Of a DNA stretch of 64,000 bases, positions 51,500-60,578 are shown piece by piece. The stretch comes from Gemmatimonadaceae bacterium. Its GTDB lineage: Bacteria > Gemmatimonadota > Gemmatimonadetes > Gemmatimonadales > Gemmatimonadaceae. The stretch covers positions 1,597,722 through 1,661,721 of the forward strand of contig JBHYGA010000001.1 in NCBI GenBank assembly GCA_051859245.1. The letters are read 5' to 3'. Position 1 is the stretch's first letter, and each line of letters starts with the position of its first letter. The translations under genes were made by a program, and so were the position numbers. The notes beneath the pieces were generated by a model. The model saw only the letters and a list, made by a program, of their open reading frames with translations. It did no database searches and was not told where the DNA came from.

Positions 51500-52526
51500 G
51501 CACTCCCACGACCGGACGGCGCTGACGATGCGTTTCATGATCATGTTCAGCACCACACTTGTGGTGGCCTTGCTCACGGCGGGTGCGACGTCGGTGCGCG
51601 CGGTGAATCGCCTGTGGTTGCGCTCGTGGATTGAACGCGACGATGAGGAAGATGCCGAGCCTGCGCAGCGTTTTGTCGAGCACCCCAAGCGCTTGTTGCT
51701 TAGCGCCGGTACCGGCGTTGCACTCGTTGTTTTTCTGGCCGGTGCAGGGATCGCGCTGGTGAACGTTGGGCAACCATGGGACCTGGCCCGAGATGGAGGG
51801 CTGCTTGCGCTCTTTGTGCTCACGTTTGGTCAGCTGCTGCCGCGCGCCATTGCGCGGCGCTGGGCACCGCGGCTTGTGCCGGTATTCGTGCCCATGTTGC
51901 GCGCGGTGGCCGCCGCGCTGACACCCGTGCGGCTGATCGCCAAACGCATTGCGCGCTTGATCGCGCGGCGCGTTGCGCCAAAAACAACGGCGCGTGTGGA
52001 GGCCAGCGATGCATCGCGCGAAGGATTGGAAGAACTGCTTCAGGACGGGACGCTCGAGGGGCTCGATGCGAGTGAAGAGATTGCGATCATTTCCGGTGTG
52101 GTGCAGCTGAGCGGCAAAACTGCGGCCGATGTGATGACACCGCGCGCCGACGTCTTCGCGCTCGATGAATCACTGCCGGTTGATGAAATGGCGCAGCGAA
52201 TCGCAGCCGCAGCGTTCAGTCGTGTGCCGGTGTATCGCGGCTCTCTCGATCATCCTGTTGGCATGCTTCACGCTTTCGACGTGTTCGTAGTGGCCGGTCA
52301 GGGACGGCCGGCGCTGCGACCGATCAGTGAGGCTACCGTGCAGAAGCCTGCGGGAGACCTGTTGTACGAAATGCTGCGCGCGCGCCGCCAGCTCGCAATT
52401 GTGCGCGCGCTCGACGGTACCGTTGCTGGCCTGATTACGCTTGAAGACTTGCTGGAGGAGTTGGTGGGAGAGATTCGGGACGAACATGACGAGCCCGCGA
52501 CGCGCGCCGCTGGAGATGCGCGATGA
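51489..52526 (+). CDS. CNNM/CBS-pair protein lacking the CorC domain
   Basis: TM region with FGQLLPR, DVMTPR, FSRVPVY and GLITLEDLLEELVGEIRDE; start uncertain (51483, 51489 or 51528). Confidence 0.85.
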   Translation: MRNEHSHDRTALTMRFMIMFSTTLVVALLTAGATSVRAVNRLWLRSWIERDDEEDAEPAQRFVEHPKRLLLSAGTGVALVVFLAGAGIALVNVGQPWDLARDGGLLALFVLTFGQLLPRAIARRWAPRLVPVFVPMLRAVAAALTPVRLIAKRIARLIARRVAPKTTARVEASDASREGLEELLQDGTLEGLDASEEIAIISGVVQLSGKTAADVMTPRADVFALDESLPVDEMAQRIAAAAFSRVPVYRGSLDHPVGMLHAFDVFVVAGQGRPALRPISEATVQKPAGDLLYEMLRARRQLAIVRALDGTVAGLITLEDLLEELVGEIRDEHDEPATRAAGDAR

Positions 52527-53662
52527 GCGCCACGTCATACAGCACGGGACACGCCGCCATCGATCGACTCCTCGTTGATTTTGACGCGCGGAAACCTGCG
52601 GCGCTTGCTCGCGCGGTGTCGGTGGTAGAAAACCATCGCAAGGGATTCGATGCACTGGCGAGTGTGCTGCACCCACGCTTGGGGCACGCACGACGGATTG
52701 GTATTACCGGACCGCCCGGTGCGGGAAAAAGCACCATTACCACACAGCTCGTTCGCACGTGGCGCGAGCAGGGTCGCACGGTTGGTGTGATTGCCGTGGA
52801 TCCCACCTCGCCATTTACAGGCGGCGCGCTGTTGGGCGATCGCATCCGAATGGAGGAAGTGGCGCTCGATCCCGGCGTCTTCATTCGATCCATGGCCACG
52901 CGCGGATCACTGGGTGGGCTGGCCAGCGCCACACGTGATGTGTGTGATGTGCTCGATGCCTTCGGTCTCGACATCATTCTCATCGAGACGGTCGGCGTGG
53001 GGCAGAGCGAACTGGATGTCGCACGAACGGCTGACACCACGCTGGTCGTACTCGTGCCAGAGTCGGGTGACTCCATTCAGACGCTCAAGGCCGGCGTCAT
53101 GGAGATTGCCGACATCTTCACGGTGAATAAAGCCGATCGACCAGGTGCGGATCGGCTGCGCAACGACCTCGAGCTGATGCTCGGTCTACGTCCCGGCGCG
53201 GCTTCGTCGCACGGGGCGCCCGCCCATCACGGCATTGATCTTCGCGCGGTTGCTGATACGGAGCGTGAGGCCATGCGCGATGCGCTCAATCCCGCGCGCG
53301 CCGCACGAAAAGCGGCGCAAGACGACGACGCCGATCGCTGGACACCGCCCGTGCTGCGCACCATTGCCGCACAGAAGGAGGGCATCTCGGATCTGGTGGA
53401 AGCCATCGAGCGCCATCATGGCTATCTTGATCGGAGCGGCGAACTGCAGTCTCGGCGGCGGGAGCGTTTGCGGGAGCGCGTGCGCGAGGCCGTTGAGCTG
53501 AAAGCCCATCAACGGCTGTGGCAGGACGCGGCAACGGTGGCCTGGCTCGAGGCGCAGCTACCGGCGCTGGAATCTGGATCGGCGGCACCATTTTTCGTAG
53601 CCGACGCATTGCTCGCGCAGAGCGGAGCGCTACTCAGCGGGACCAACACCGGAGCATCGTGA
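52523..53662 (+). CDS. meaB: Acyl-CoA mutase-associated GTPase MeaB/ArgK
   Basis: [41 protein letters not shown] and NKAD. Confidence 0.96.
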   Translation: MSATSYSTGHAAIDRLLVDFDARKPAALARAVSVVENHRKGFDALASVLHPRLGHARRIGITGPPGAGKSTITTQLVRTWREQGRTVGVIAVDPTSPFTGGALLGDRIRMEEVALDPGVFIRSMATRGSLGGLASATRDVCDVLDAFGLDIILIETVGVGQSELDVARTADTTLVVLVPESGDSIQTLKAGVMEIADIFTVNKADRPGADRLRNDLELMLGLRPGAASSHGAPAHHGIDLRAVADTEREAMRDALNPARAARKAAQDDDADRWTPPVLRTIAAQKEGISDLVEAIERHHGYLDRSGELQSRRRERLRERVREAVELKAHQRLWQDAATVAWLEAQLPALESGSAAPFFVADALLAQSGALLSGTNTGAS

Positions 53663-55356
53663 TGACGACTATCCCCGAAATGGCTGACGTTGTGCGTCAG
53701 CAGCAGGAAGAGCTGGCACAGCTGCGTGCGGAAGTTGCCGCGTGGCGTGAACGTTATGACGCGTCGCGCGTCCGCGCGGTGGCATACACCAACTCGGCCA
53801 GTGAGGTTGAGCCGTTGTACACGGCGCTCGATCTTGAAGGCTCTGCGGGCACTGCGTTCGAAGCGCCGGGTTCGTTTCCGTTTACGCGTGGCATTCACGC
53901 CACCGGCTATCGCGGCAAGCTGTGGACGATGCGTCAGTTTGCTGGCTTCGGTACCGCACGAGAGACCAACGAGCGTTTCAAGTTCCTGCTCGCACAAGGC
54001 CAGACGGGCCTGTCGGTCGCGTTCGATTTTCCCACGTTGATGGGATACGACGCGGATCACGTGCGCAGCGAAGGCGAAGTCGGCAAGTGCGGTGTGTCGA
54101 TCTCGTCGCTCGCCGACATGGAAACACTGTTCGAGGGCATTCCGCTCGATCAGGTCACCACGTCCATGACCATCAACGGCCCGGCCATCATCTTGTTCTG
54201 CTTCTATGTGGCGGCCGCCGAGAAGCAGGGCATTCCGATTGATAAAGTTGCCGGCACGGTGCAGAACGACATTCTGAAAGAGTACATGGCGCAGCATGCC
54301 TGGTGCTTTCCGATTGAACCGGCGCTGCGTCTCGTGGTCGACATGTTCGAGTGGTGTTCAACCAATACGCCGTCGTGGAATACCATTTCCATTTCCGGCT
54401 ATCACATTCGCGAAGCCGGCTCCACCGCCGCGCAGGAACTCGCGTTTACCCTGGCCGACGGCTTCACGTACGTAGAGCGCGGTATCGCGCGTGGCCTCGA
54501 CGTCGACGAGTTCGCACCGCGGTTGTCGTTCTTCTGGGACATTCACAACGATTTCTTTGAAGAGATCGCCAAGTTGCGCGCTGCCCGTCGTATCTGGGCG
54601 CGACATATGCGTGATCGCTACGGTGCCAAAAATCCGCGCTCGTGGGTGATGCGCTTTCATTCGCAAACCGCGGGCGTCACACTCACGGCGCAGCAGCCCA
54701 TGAACAACGTGGTGCGCGTGGCCTATCAGGGATTGGCCGCCGTGCTCGGTGGTACGCAGTCGCTGCACACGAACAGCATGGACGAAACGCTGTCGTTGCC
54801 CACCGAAGAGGCGGTGCAAGTTGCGTTGCGTACGCAGCAGGTGCTCGCGTACGAAACGGGTGTACCGAACGTCGCCGATCCGCTCGGTGGTTCGTACTAC
54901 GTAGAAGCACTTACGGACAAACTTGAAGCCGAAGCCGAAGCGCTATTTGCGCAGATCGACGAAATCGGTGGTGTGGTGCGTGGTTTGGAAGACGGCTGGT
55001 TCCAGAAGCGCATTGCCGAAGCGGCGGCGCGTCAGCAGTGGGAAATCGAGCAGCGTCGCAAGCTGGTGGTTGGTGTCAATGAGTTCGTCACCGATGAACC
55101 CGAGCTTTCCATTCCGCTGCTGAAGGTTGGCGCTGAAGCAGAGGCGGAGCAGCGCGAAAGCATGGCGAAGTTGCGCGCGTCTCGTGATCAGGCGCTGGTC
55201 ACCGCGCGGCTTGACGCACTACGCAACGCAGCGCGCGGCAGTGACAATGTGGTTCCGTACATTCTCGATTGTGCACGGGCGTATTGCACGCTGTACGAAA
55301 TCCGCGCCGCGCTCGAAGATGTGTTTGGTGCGTACCGCGAACCGGTGTTCTTCTGA
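53662..55356 (+). CDS. B12-dependent acyl-CoA mutase large subunit with isobutyryl-CoA mutase (IcmA)-type specificity residues
   Basis: MCM-family motifs ([31 protein letters not shown]) with RQFAGFG and [10 protein letters not shown] instead of RQYAGF and KEFMVR. Confidence 0.88.
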   Translation: MTTIPEMADVVRQQQEELAQLRAEVAAWRERYDASRVRAVAYTNSASEVEPLYTALDLEGSAGTAFEAPGSFPFTRGIHATGYRGKLWTMRQFAGFGTARETNERFKFLLAQGQTGLSVAFDFPTLMGYDADHVRSEGEVGKCGVSISSLADMETLFEGIPLDQVTTSMTINGPAIILFCFYVAAAEKQGIPIDKVAGTVQNDILKEYMAQHAWCFPIEPALRLVVDMFEWCSTNTPSWNTISISGYHIREAGSTAAQELAFTLADGFTYVERGIARGLDVDEFAPRLSFFWDIHNDFFEEIAKLRAARRIWARHMRDRYGAKNPRSWVMRFHSQTAGVTLTAQQPMNNVVRVAYQGLAAVLGGTQSLHTNSMDETLSLPTEEAVQVALRTQQVLAYETGVPNVADPLGGSYYVEALTDKLEAEAEALFAQIDEIGGVVRGLEDGWFQKRIAEAAARQQWEIEQRRKLVVGVNEFVTDEPELSIPLLKVGAEAEAEQRESMAKLRASRDQALVTARLDALRNAARGSDNVVPYILDCARAYCTLYEIRAALEDVFGAYREPVFF

Positions 55357-56120
55357 GTCCGGCCAGAAAGGTCGCCGCGCCGTGGTGGACCACACATTTC
55401 GATAGCCAGTACCTCCACGAGTACGAACCGCTCTTTACCGCGACTCGTGATCGCGAAGAGGTGGCCAGGCTCGTTGAGATCATTGGTGAGTTACCGAGTG
55501 GAGCGCGCATCCTCGACTGCCCGTGCGGTCAGGGGCGTCACGCGCATCTGCTGGCCGAAAACGGGTTCAACGTGGACGGATTGGACTATTCGCGCACGTT
55601 GCTCGACGCCGCAATCGAACGCGGCACCGGTCCGCTCCTGCGCTACACGCAAGGCGATATGCGCAAGTTGCCGGCGAAGTGGACCGGTCGATTCGACGCC
55701 GTCGTGAATCTCTTCACATCATTCGGGTTCTTCGACGACCCGGCGGATGATCGCCGCGTCCTGGCGGAGTTTGCGCGTGTGCTCAAACCAGGTGGTCTGA
55801 TGGTCTGGCACGGTGGCAGTCGCGACGGCGTGATGGCCAAGTTCCTCGGCCGCGACTGGTGGTCCACCGCCGACGGCACAGTTTTTGGCCAGGAACGCCG
55901 GTTCGACCCCCTGAGCGGCTTTCTGTACGTCAGCTCGACCTGGCGCGGACCCGGCGGTGAAGGGGAACGCGAGCACAAAATCCGTCTCTACAGCGCGTCA
56001 CACCTGAGCGAGCGCCTGGCCGAGGCTGGTCTTGTGGTGGAGGCGGCCTACGACGGCTGGACCAACCGTCCGCTTCATCGGCGCGCTGGCGAGATGCTGC
56101 TGGTGGCCCGCAAAGACTGA
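55353..56120 (+). CDS. Class I SAM-dependent methyltransferase
   Basis: [20 protein letters not shown] and [14 protein letters not shown]. Start uncertain: CTG at 55353, or TTG at 55269/55284. Confidence 0.85.
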   Translation: MSPARKVAAPWWTTHFDSQYLHEYEPLFTATRDREEVARLVEIIGELPSGARILDCPCGQGRHAHLLAENGFNVDGLDYSRTLLDAAIERGTGPLLRYTQGDMRKLPAKWTGRFDAVVNLFTSFGFFDDPADDRRVLAEFARVLKPGGLMVWHGGSRDGVMAKFLGRDWWSTADGTVFGQERRFDPLSGFLYVSSTWRGPGGEGEREHKIRLYSASHLSERLAEAGLVVEAAYDGWTNRPLHRRAGEMLLVARKD

Positions 56121-56140
56121 CGCGTGCCCGCGGTGGCACG

Positions 56141-56176
56141 TTGCCGCACGCCGTAGCGACACCCTAACTTTCACGC
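56141..56176 (+). promoter_or_regulatory. Putative leaderless sigma70 promoter of the cobalamin-binding subunit
   Basis: TTGCCG(56141-56146)-N18-TAACTT(56165-56170)-N6-ATG(56177). Confidence 0.5.
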
Positions 56177-56590
56177 ATGTCCCGTCCTATTCGAGTTCTC
56201 GTCGCGAAACCTGGCCTCGATGGCCACGATCGCGGTGCAAAAGTTGTTGCCGCCGCACTGCGCGATGCCGGCATGGAAGTGATTTATACCGGGCTGCACC
56301 AAACGCCCGAAATGATTGCCTCGGCCGCAGTGCAGGAAGACGTTGACGTGGTCGGTCTGTCGATCCTCTCTGGCGCGCATATGACGCTCTTTCCGCGCGT
56401 GCACGACCTGCTCGTGGAAGCCGGACGTGATGATATTCTGATCACGGGCGGCGGCATCATTCCCAAGGAAGACATGGCCACGCTCGAAGCACGCGGCATT
56501 GGCCGCTTGTTTGGCCCTGGCACCAGCACACAAGATCTCGTGGAGTTCATTCGCGAATGGTTCGCGGCTCACAAGGCGCAGGAGGCGTGA
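56177..56590 (+). CDS. Acyl-CoA mutase small, cobalamin-binding subunit (IcmB-like)
   Basis: [12 protein letters not shown] (DxHxxG), [14 protein letters not shown] and FGPGT. Confidence 0.93.
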   Translation: MSRPIRVLVAKPGLDGHDRGAKVVAAALRDAGMEVIYTGLHQTPEMIASAAVQEDVDVVGLSILSGAHMTLFPRVHDLLVEAGRDDILITGGGIIPKEDMATLEARGIGRLFGPGTSTQDLVEFIREWFAAHKAQEA

Positions 56591-58203
56591 GTACACGACT
56601 TCGCACGCTCGCCGCGGAAGTCCGTGAGCTCGAAGCGACACTCCGTCTTGGTGGCGGTGCCGAACGCATCGCGAAACAACACGACCAGGGCAAACTCACC
56701 GCGCGCGAGCGCGTCACGGGATTGCTCGACGAGAACGCACCGTTTCTCGAGATCGGTTTGCTCGTCGCGCACGATCGATACGACGGTCAGGCGCCGGCCG
56801 CCGGTGTGATCACCGGTCTTGGTCAGGTGCACGGACGCGAGGTTGTGGTGGTCGCCAACGACGCAACCGTCAAAGCCGGATCGTGGTGGCCAGAAACCAT
56901 TACCAAGATTCTGCGCGCGCAAGAAGTGGCGATGCGCTGTCGCGTGCCGATTGTGTATCTCGTGGATTCGGCTGGTGTGAATCTGCCGTATCAGGGCGGC
57001 GTGTTTCCCGGACAGTACGGGGCGGCGCGCATTTTTTATTACAACTCGATCATGCGTCGGTATCTGCGTATTCCGCAGTTCTCCGCCGTGATGGGACAGT
57101 GTGTTGCCGGCGGTGCGTATTTGCCAGCGCTCAGCGATGTGATCCTGATGGTGAAAGGCACATCGTTCATGGGGCTTGGCGGGCCGAATCTGGTGAAGGG
57201 TGCAACCGGACAAACCGTTGACGGCGAGACGCTTGGTGGTGCTCTCACGCACACCGAAGTGAGTGGCGTGGCGCACTACGCAGTAGACGACGATCACGCG
57301 TGCCTGGCGAAGTTGCGTGAACTCATCTCGCGACTGCCGGCACCACCGCATCGTCCCGCCGTTGCCAAACACGATGCGCCGGCCAAAGATCCGTCATCGT
57401 TGTACGACATGCTGCCGAGTGATCACCGCATGTCCTACGACATGCATGATCTGCTTGGCGCCGTGCTCGACAACGGAAAGATCGACGAGTTTCAGCCGAA
57501 CCTCGCCAAGGAAATGATCTGCGGCGACGCGATGATTGAAGGCATTCCGGTTGGCGTCATCGCGAATCAGCGTGGCTTGATCAAAGGGCGGCCGGGTGAA
57601 CGTCCGCGTTTTGGTGGCATCATTTACGCCGAAAGTGCAGAGAAGGTGGCGTATTTTATTGATCGCTGCGACCGTCAGGGACTGCCGATTGTTTTTGTAC
57701 AGGACGTGAGCGGCTTCATGGTGGGGCCCGACGCGGAGCACGAAGGAATTATTCGTGCCGGGGCCCGTTTTGTTGAAGCCATGGCGTGCGCGCGCGTGCC
57801 CAAGATTGTACTCACCGTCAATCACGCCAGCGGTGCGGGCTACTACGCCATGGCGGGGCAGGGGTTCGATCCCGATTTCATTCTGTCATGGCCAACAGGA
57901 CGCATGGCGGTCATGGAAGGTGAAGCGGCGGTGACGGCAGTGCATGGGCCCACCTTTGAGAAAGCCAAGAAGGCGGGTGTGCAACCCTCGCCCGCCGTGC
58001 TGGCGTCAGCCGATGAAATGCGGGCTGATTACGAAGAACAGCTGGATGCGCGCTACGCCGGTGCACGCGGGTTCATTGACGCTATTGTGTATCCAGAGGA
58101 CACACGCGATCTGCTCGCGCTTGCATTGCGCGCCGCGCTGCACAATCCAGGACCGCACCTTGGTGCATTCGTGTTGCCGCCAATGCCGATGTCCGGCGCG
58201 TAA
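56587..58203 (+). CDS. Acyl-CoA carboxylase carboxyltransferase subunit (MCC-beta/AtuC-like)
   Basis: [41 protein letters not shown] and GAGYYAM; GGAGG Shine-Dalgarno and GTGA overlap. Confidence 0.92.
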   Translation: MSTRLRTLAAEVRELEATLRLGGGAERIAKQHDQGKLTARERVTGLLDENAPFLEIGLLVAHDRYDGQAPAAGVITGLGQVHGREVVVVANDATVKAGSWWPETITKILRAQEVAMRCRVPIVYLVDSAGVNLPYQGGVFPGQYGAARIFYYNSIMRRYLRIPQFSAVMGQCVAGGAYLPALSDVILMVKGTSFMGLGGPNLVKGATGQTVDGETLGGALTHTEVSGVAHYAVDDDHACLAKLRELISRLPAPPHRPAVAKHDAPAKDPSSLYDMLPSDHRMSYDMHDLLGAVLDNGKIDEFQPNLAKEMICGDAMIEGIPVGVIANQRGLIKGRPGERPRFGGIIYAESAEKVAYFIDRCDRQGLPIVFVQDVSGFMVGPDAEHEGIIRAGARFVEAMACARVPKIVLTVNHASGAGYYAMAGQGFDPDFILSWPTGRMAVMEGEAAVTAVHGPTFEKAKKAGVQPSPAVLASADEMRADYEEQLDARYAGARGFIDAIVYPEDTRDLLALALRAALHNPGPHLGAFVLPPMPMSGA

Positions 58204-58230
58204 TGGCACACACACTTAAGTCGATCTGTC

Positions 58231-59610
58231 ATGTCTGATTCAAACACGCAGGATCGCGTAGTTCGCGTTGCCAGTGGCCAGGGCTTTTGGGGCGATTGGC
58301 TCGAGGCGCCGCGTCGTCAGGTTGAAGGTGGTCAGGTGGACTACCTCATGCTTGACTATCTGGCCGAAGTCACCATGTCGATCGTGCAAAAGCAGAAAGA
58401 GCGCGATCCGAACATGGGCTACGCACGCGACTTTATTGGCGCGATGGAAAGTGTATTCCCGGCCGTTGCAGATCGCGGCGTAAAAGTTATCGCGAACGCC
58501 GGTGGTGTGAATCCGGTGGCCTGCGCACACGCGGTGCTGGCCGCTGCCGACAAGGCGGGCGTGCGCGGCAAGCTCAAACTTGGTGTCGTCACGGGCGATG
58601 ATCTGTTGCCGCGTCTCGACGAGTTGCTCGCCGCAGGGCATGAGCTCAAGCACATGGAGTCGGGCGAACCGTTGTCAACGGTGCGAGATCGTGTGCTGAG
58701 CGCCAACGCGTACATCGGTTCCACGCCGATCGTCGAAGCGTTGGCGCGTGGTGCAAACGTGGTCATCACAGGTCGCAGCACCGATACGGCGCTCACCATG
58801 GCGCCGCTGCGCCACGAGTTTGGGTGGGCCGCCGACGACTGGGACAAGATGGCGTCAGGCATTGTGGCCGGACACATTCTCGAATGCGGTGCGCAAGCCT
58901 CGGGCGGAAACTGTTTGCACGACTGGCGCAACATTCCTGACCTCGCGAATGTCGGCTACCCAATTGCCGAAGCGCACGCGGATGGAACGTTCGTGATCAC
59001 CAAACATCCGGGCACCGGCGGTCGCGTCAGCGTGCCGAGCGTCACGGAACAGCTCGTGTATGAAATGGGCGATCCGCATAGCTACATCACGCCCGATGTC
59101 GTGGCGGATTTCACCAGCATTCAGTTGGAAGACGCGGGTGAGAATCGTGTGCGCGTGCACGGCATTACCGGCGGACCGGCCACGCCGTTTTTGAAAGTCT
59201 CTATCGCATATCGCGCGGGCTATAAGGCAGTGGGTACACTCGTGTATGCCTGGCCCGATGCGCTCGAAAAAGCGCAGCTGGCCGATCGTGTGTTGCGCGA
59301 GCGTCTGCAGAACCTTGGCCTTTCGTTCGACCACATCCTGACCGAGTTTGTTGGTGTGTCGGCCACGCACGGCGCACTCGCGGGGACACCCGGCGATGTA
59401 CCGGAAGTGCAGTTGCGCATTGGTGTACGCGGACCGGATCGCGCGGCGGTGGAACGCTTCACGCGCGAACTCGCGCCGCTCGTGTTGAATGGCCCGCCAA
59501 GCGTGACGGGTTTCGCGGGTGGTCGCCCGAAGGTGGAAGAGATTGTGGCTTACTGGCCGGCGCTGATCGACAAGCGCGCGGTCTCCACGCACGTTGACAT
59601 TCTGGAGTAA
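58231..59610 (+). CDS. AtuA-family (DUF1446) protein, N-terminal part
   Basis: [57 protein letters not shown]. Confidence 0.9.
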   Translation: MSDSNTQDRVVRVASGQGFWGDWLEAPRRQVEGGQVDYLMLDYLAEVTMSIVQKQKERDPNMGYARDFIGAMESVFPAVADRGVKVIANAGGVNPVACAHAVLAAADKAGVRGKLKLGVVTGDDLLPRLDELLAAGHELKHMESGEPLSTVRDRVLSANAYIGSTPIVEALARGANVVITGRSTDTALTMAPLRHEFGWAADDWDKMASGIVAGHILECGAQASGGNCLHDWRNIPDLANVGYPIAEAHADGTFVITKHPGTGGRVSVPSVTEQLVYEMGDPHSYITPDVVADFTSIQLEDAGENRVRVHGITGGPATPFLKVSIAYRAGYKAVGTLVYAWPDALEKAQLADRVLRERLQNLGLSFDHILTEFVGVSATHGALAGTPGDVPEVQLRIGVRGPDRAAVERFTRELAPLVLNGPPSVTGFAGGRPKVEEIVAYWPALIDKRAVSTHVDILE

Positions 59611-59616
59611 GAGCGC

Positions 59617-59970
59617 ATGCACGTACGATTGCTGGACATCGCGCACGCGCGCAGTGGTGACAAGGGCGACACGGCGAATGTGGGCGTGATTGCCCTCAAG
59701 CGAGAGTGGTATCCCATTCTTGAGCAGTATCTCACGGCTGAGCTCGTTGCCAGGCATTACGGAAAGCAGCTGACCGGACGTGTCGAGCGTTTTGAGCTGC
59801 CCAACCTTGGTGCCGTGAACTTTCTGTTGCATGGTGCACTCGACGGCGGCGGTACGCTGTCGCTGCAAACGGATGCACAGGGGAAGGTGTACTCCACGTC
59901 GGTGCTGCGACTGGTGCTCAACGTGCCCGACGATGTGGCAACGAAGGCCGGCTTGCCGTCCGCGCCGTAA
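59617..59970 (+). CDS. AtuA C-terminal-like domain protein
   Basis: AHARSGDKGD.ANVGVIA, VERFELP..AVNF.L..ALDGGG..SL..D.QGK. Confidence 0.85.
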   Translation: MHVRLLDIAHARSGDKGDTANVGVIALKREWYPILEQYLTAELVARHYGKQLTGRVERFELPNLGAVNFLLHGALDGGGTLSLQTDAQGKVYSTSVLRLVLNVPDDVATKAGLPSAP

Positions 59971-60000
59971 GCAGCGCGTGTCCCTGAACAAAGTCTACGA

Positions 60001-60210
60001 ATGACACCCATCACGCGCGCCAAACTCACGCTGACGCTCAGTGCGTTGGTGTTTTTTGCCGCCGGCATGCGCAGCGGTTTGGAGTGGCAGCGCTGGGTGG
60101 GCATCGCGCTGCTGTGCGGCGCGGTGGCGTTGCGCTTCGTCAAGCAGGACCGCCCCGCACGCGGGGCGTCATCCGATACAGACGAAACGCCAGACAACGA
60201 CGCGAGATAG
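60001..60210 (+). CDS. Small two-TM hypothetical membrane protein
   Basis: 69-aa ORF with two hydrophobic segments and a polar tail, co-oriented after the AtuA pair. Confidence 0.55.
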   Translation: MTPITRAKLTLTLSALVFFAAGMRSGLEWQRWVGIALLCGAVALRFVKQDRPARGASSDTDETPDNDAR

Positions 60211-60316
60211 TCTCACTTCTGAGGCTTGGTACCGCGTCTATCCGACGATCTCGCTCGGAAATGTATTGTCGTGGGACGGTGTGTTGACGTGATGTTGCGG
60301 GTAGTCACAGACATTC

Positions 60317-60336
60317 ACGGTTTGTCACCGTTTTTT
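60317..60336 (+). terminator. Weak intrinsic terminator candidate
   Basis: ACGGT-ttgtc-ACCGT followed by TTTTT. Confidence 0.35.
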
Positions 60337-60339
60337 CGA

Positions 60340-60368
60340 TTGACAGTGCCAGTACGCACACCTATCGT
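60340..60368 (+). promoter_or_regulatory. sigma70 promoter of susC
   Basis: TTGACA(60340-60345)-N17-TATCGT(60363-60368). Confidence 0.7.
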
Positions 60369-60578
60369 GAGCCTACTTCGCTGCGCCGGTTCCCCCTCTG
60401 AATCGTGGCCTGATCCTACCGCCACGCTTCACTGACGGTGTCGCAGCGACCGCCTGTCGTCGTTCACTCCCACCTTTCCCTCCGCCGACGTCGGCACGGC
60501 GCTCCTTCCTGCGGCAACCCAGCAGTCACAGCGAGTCTTGGCTCCCAGCTCGCTGCCTACCACAACCCGGTACAGTGC

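Noticed and set aside
60211..60578. Cobalamin riboswitch before susC, suggested by the neighbouring B12 mutase
   Set aside because: No AGGGAA..GGTG..AATCC core or B12-box is visible.
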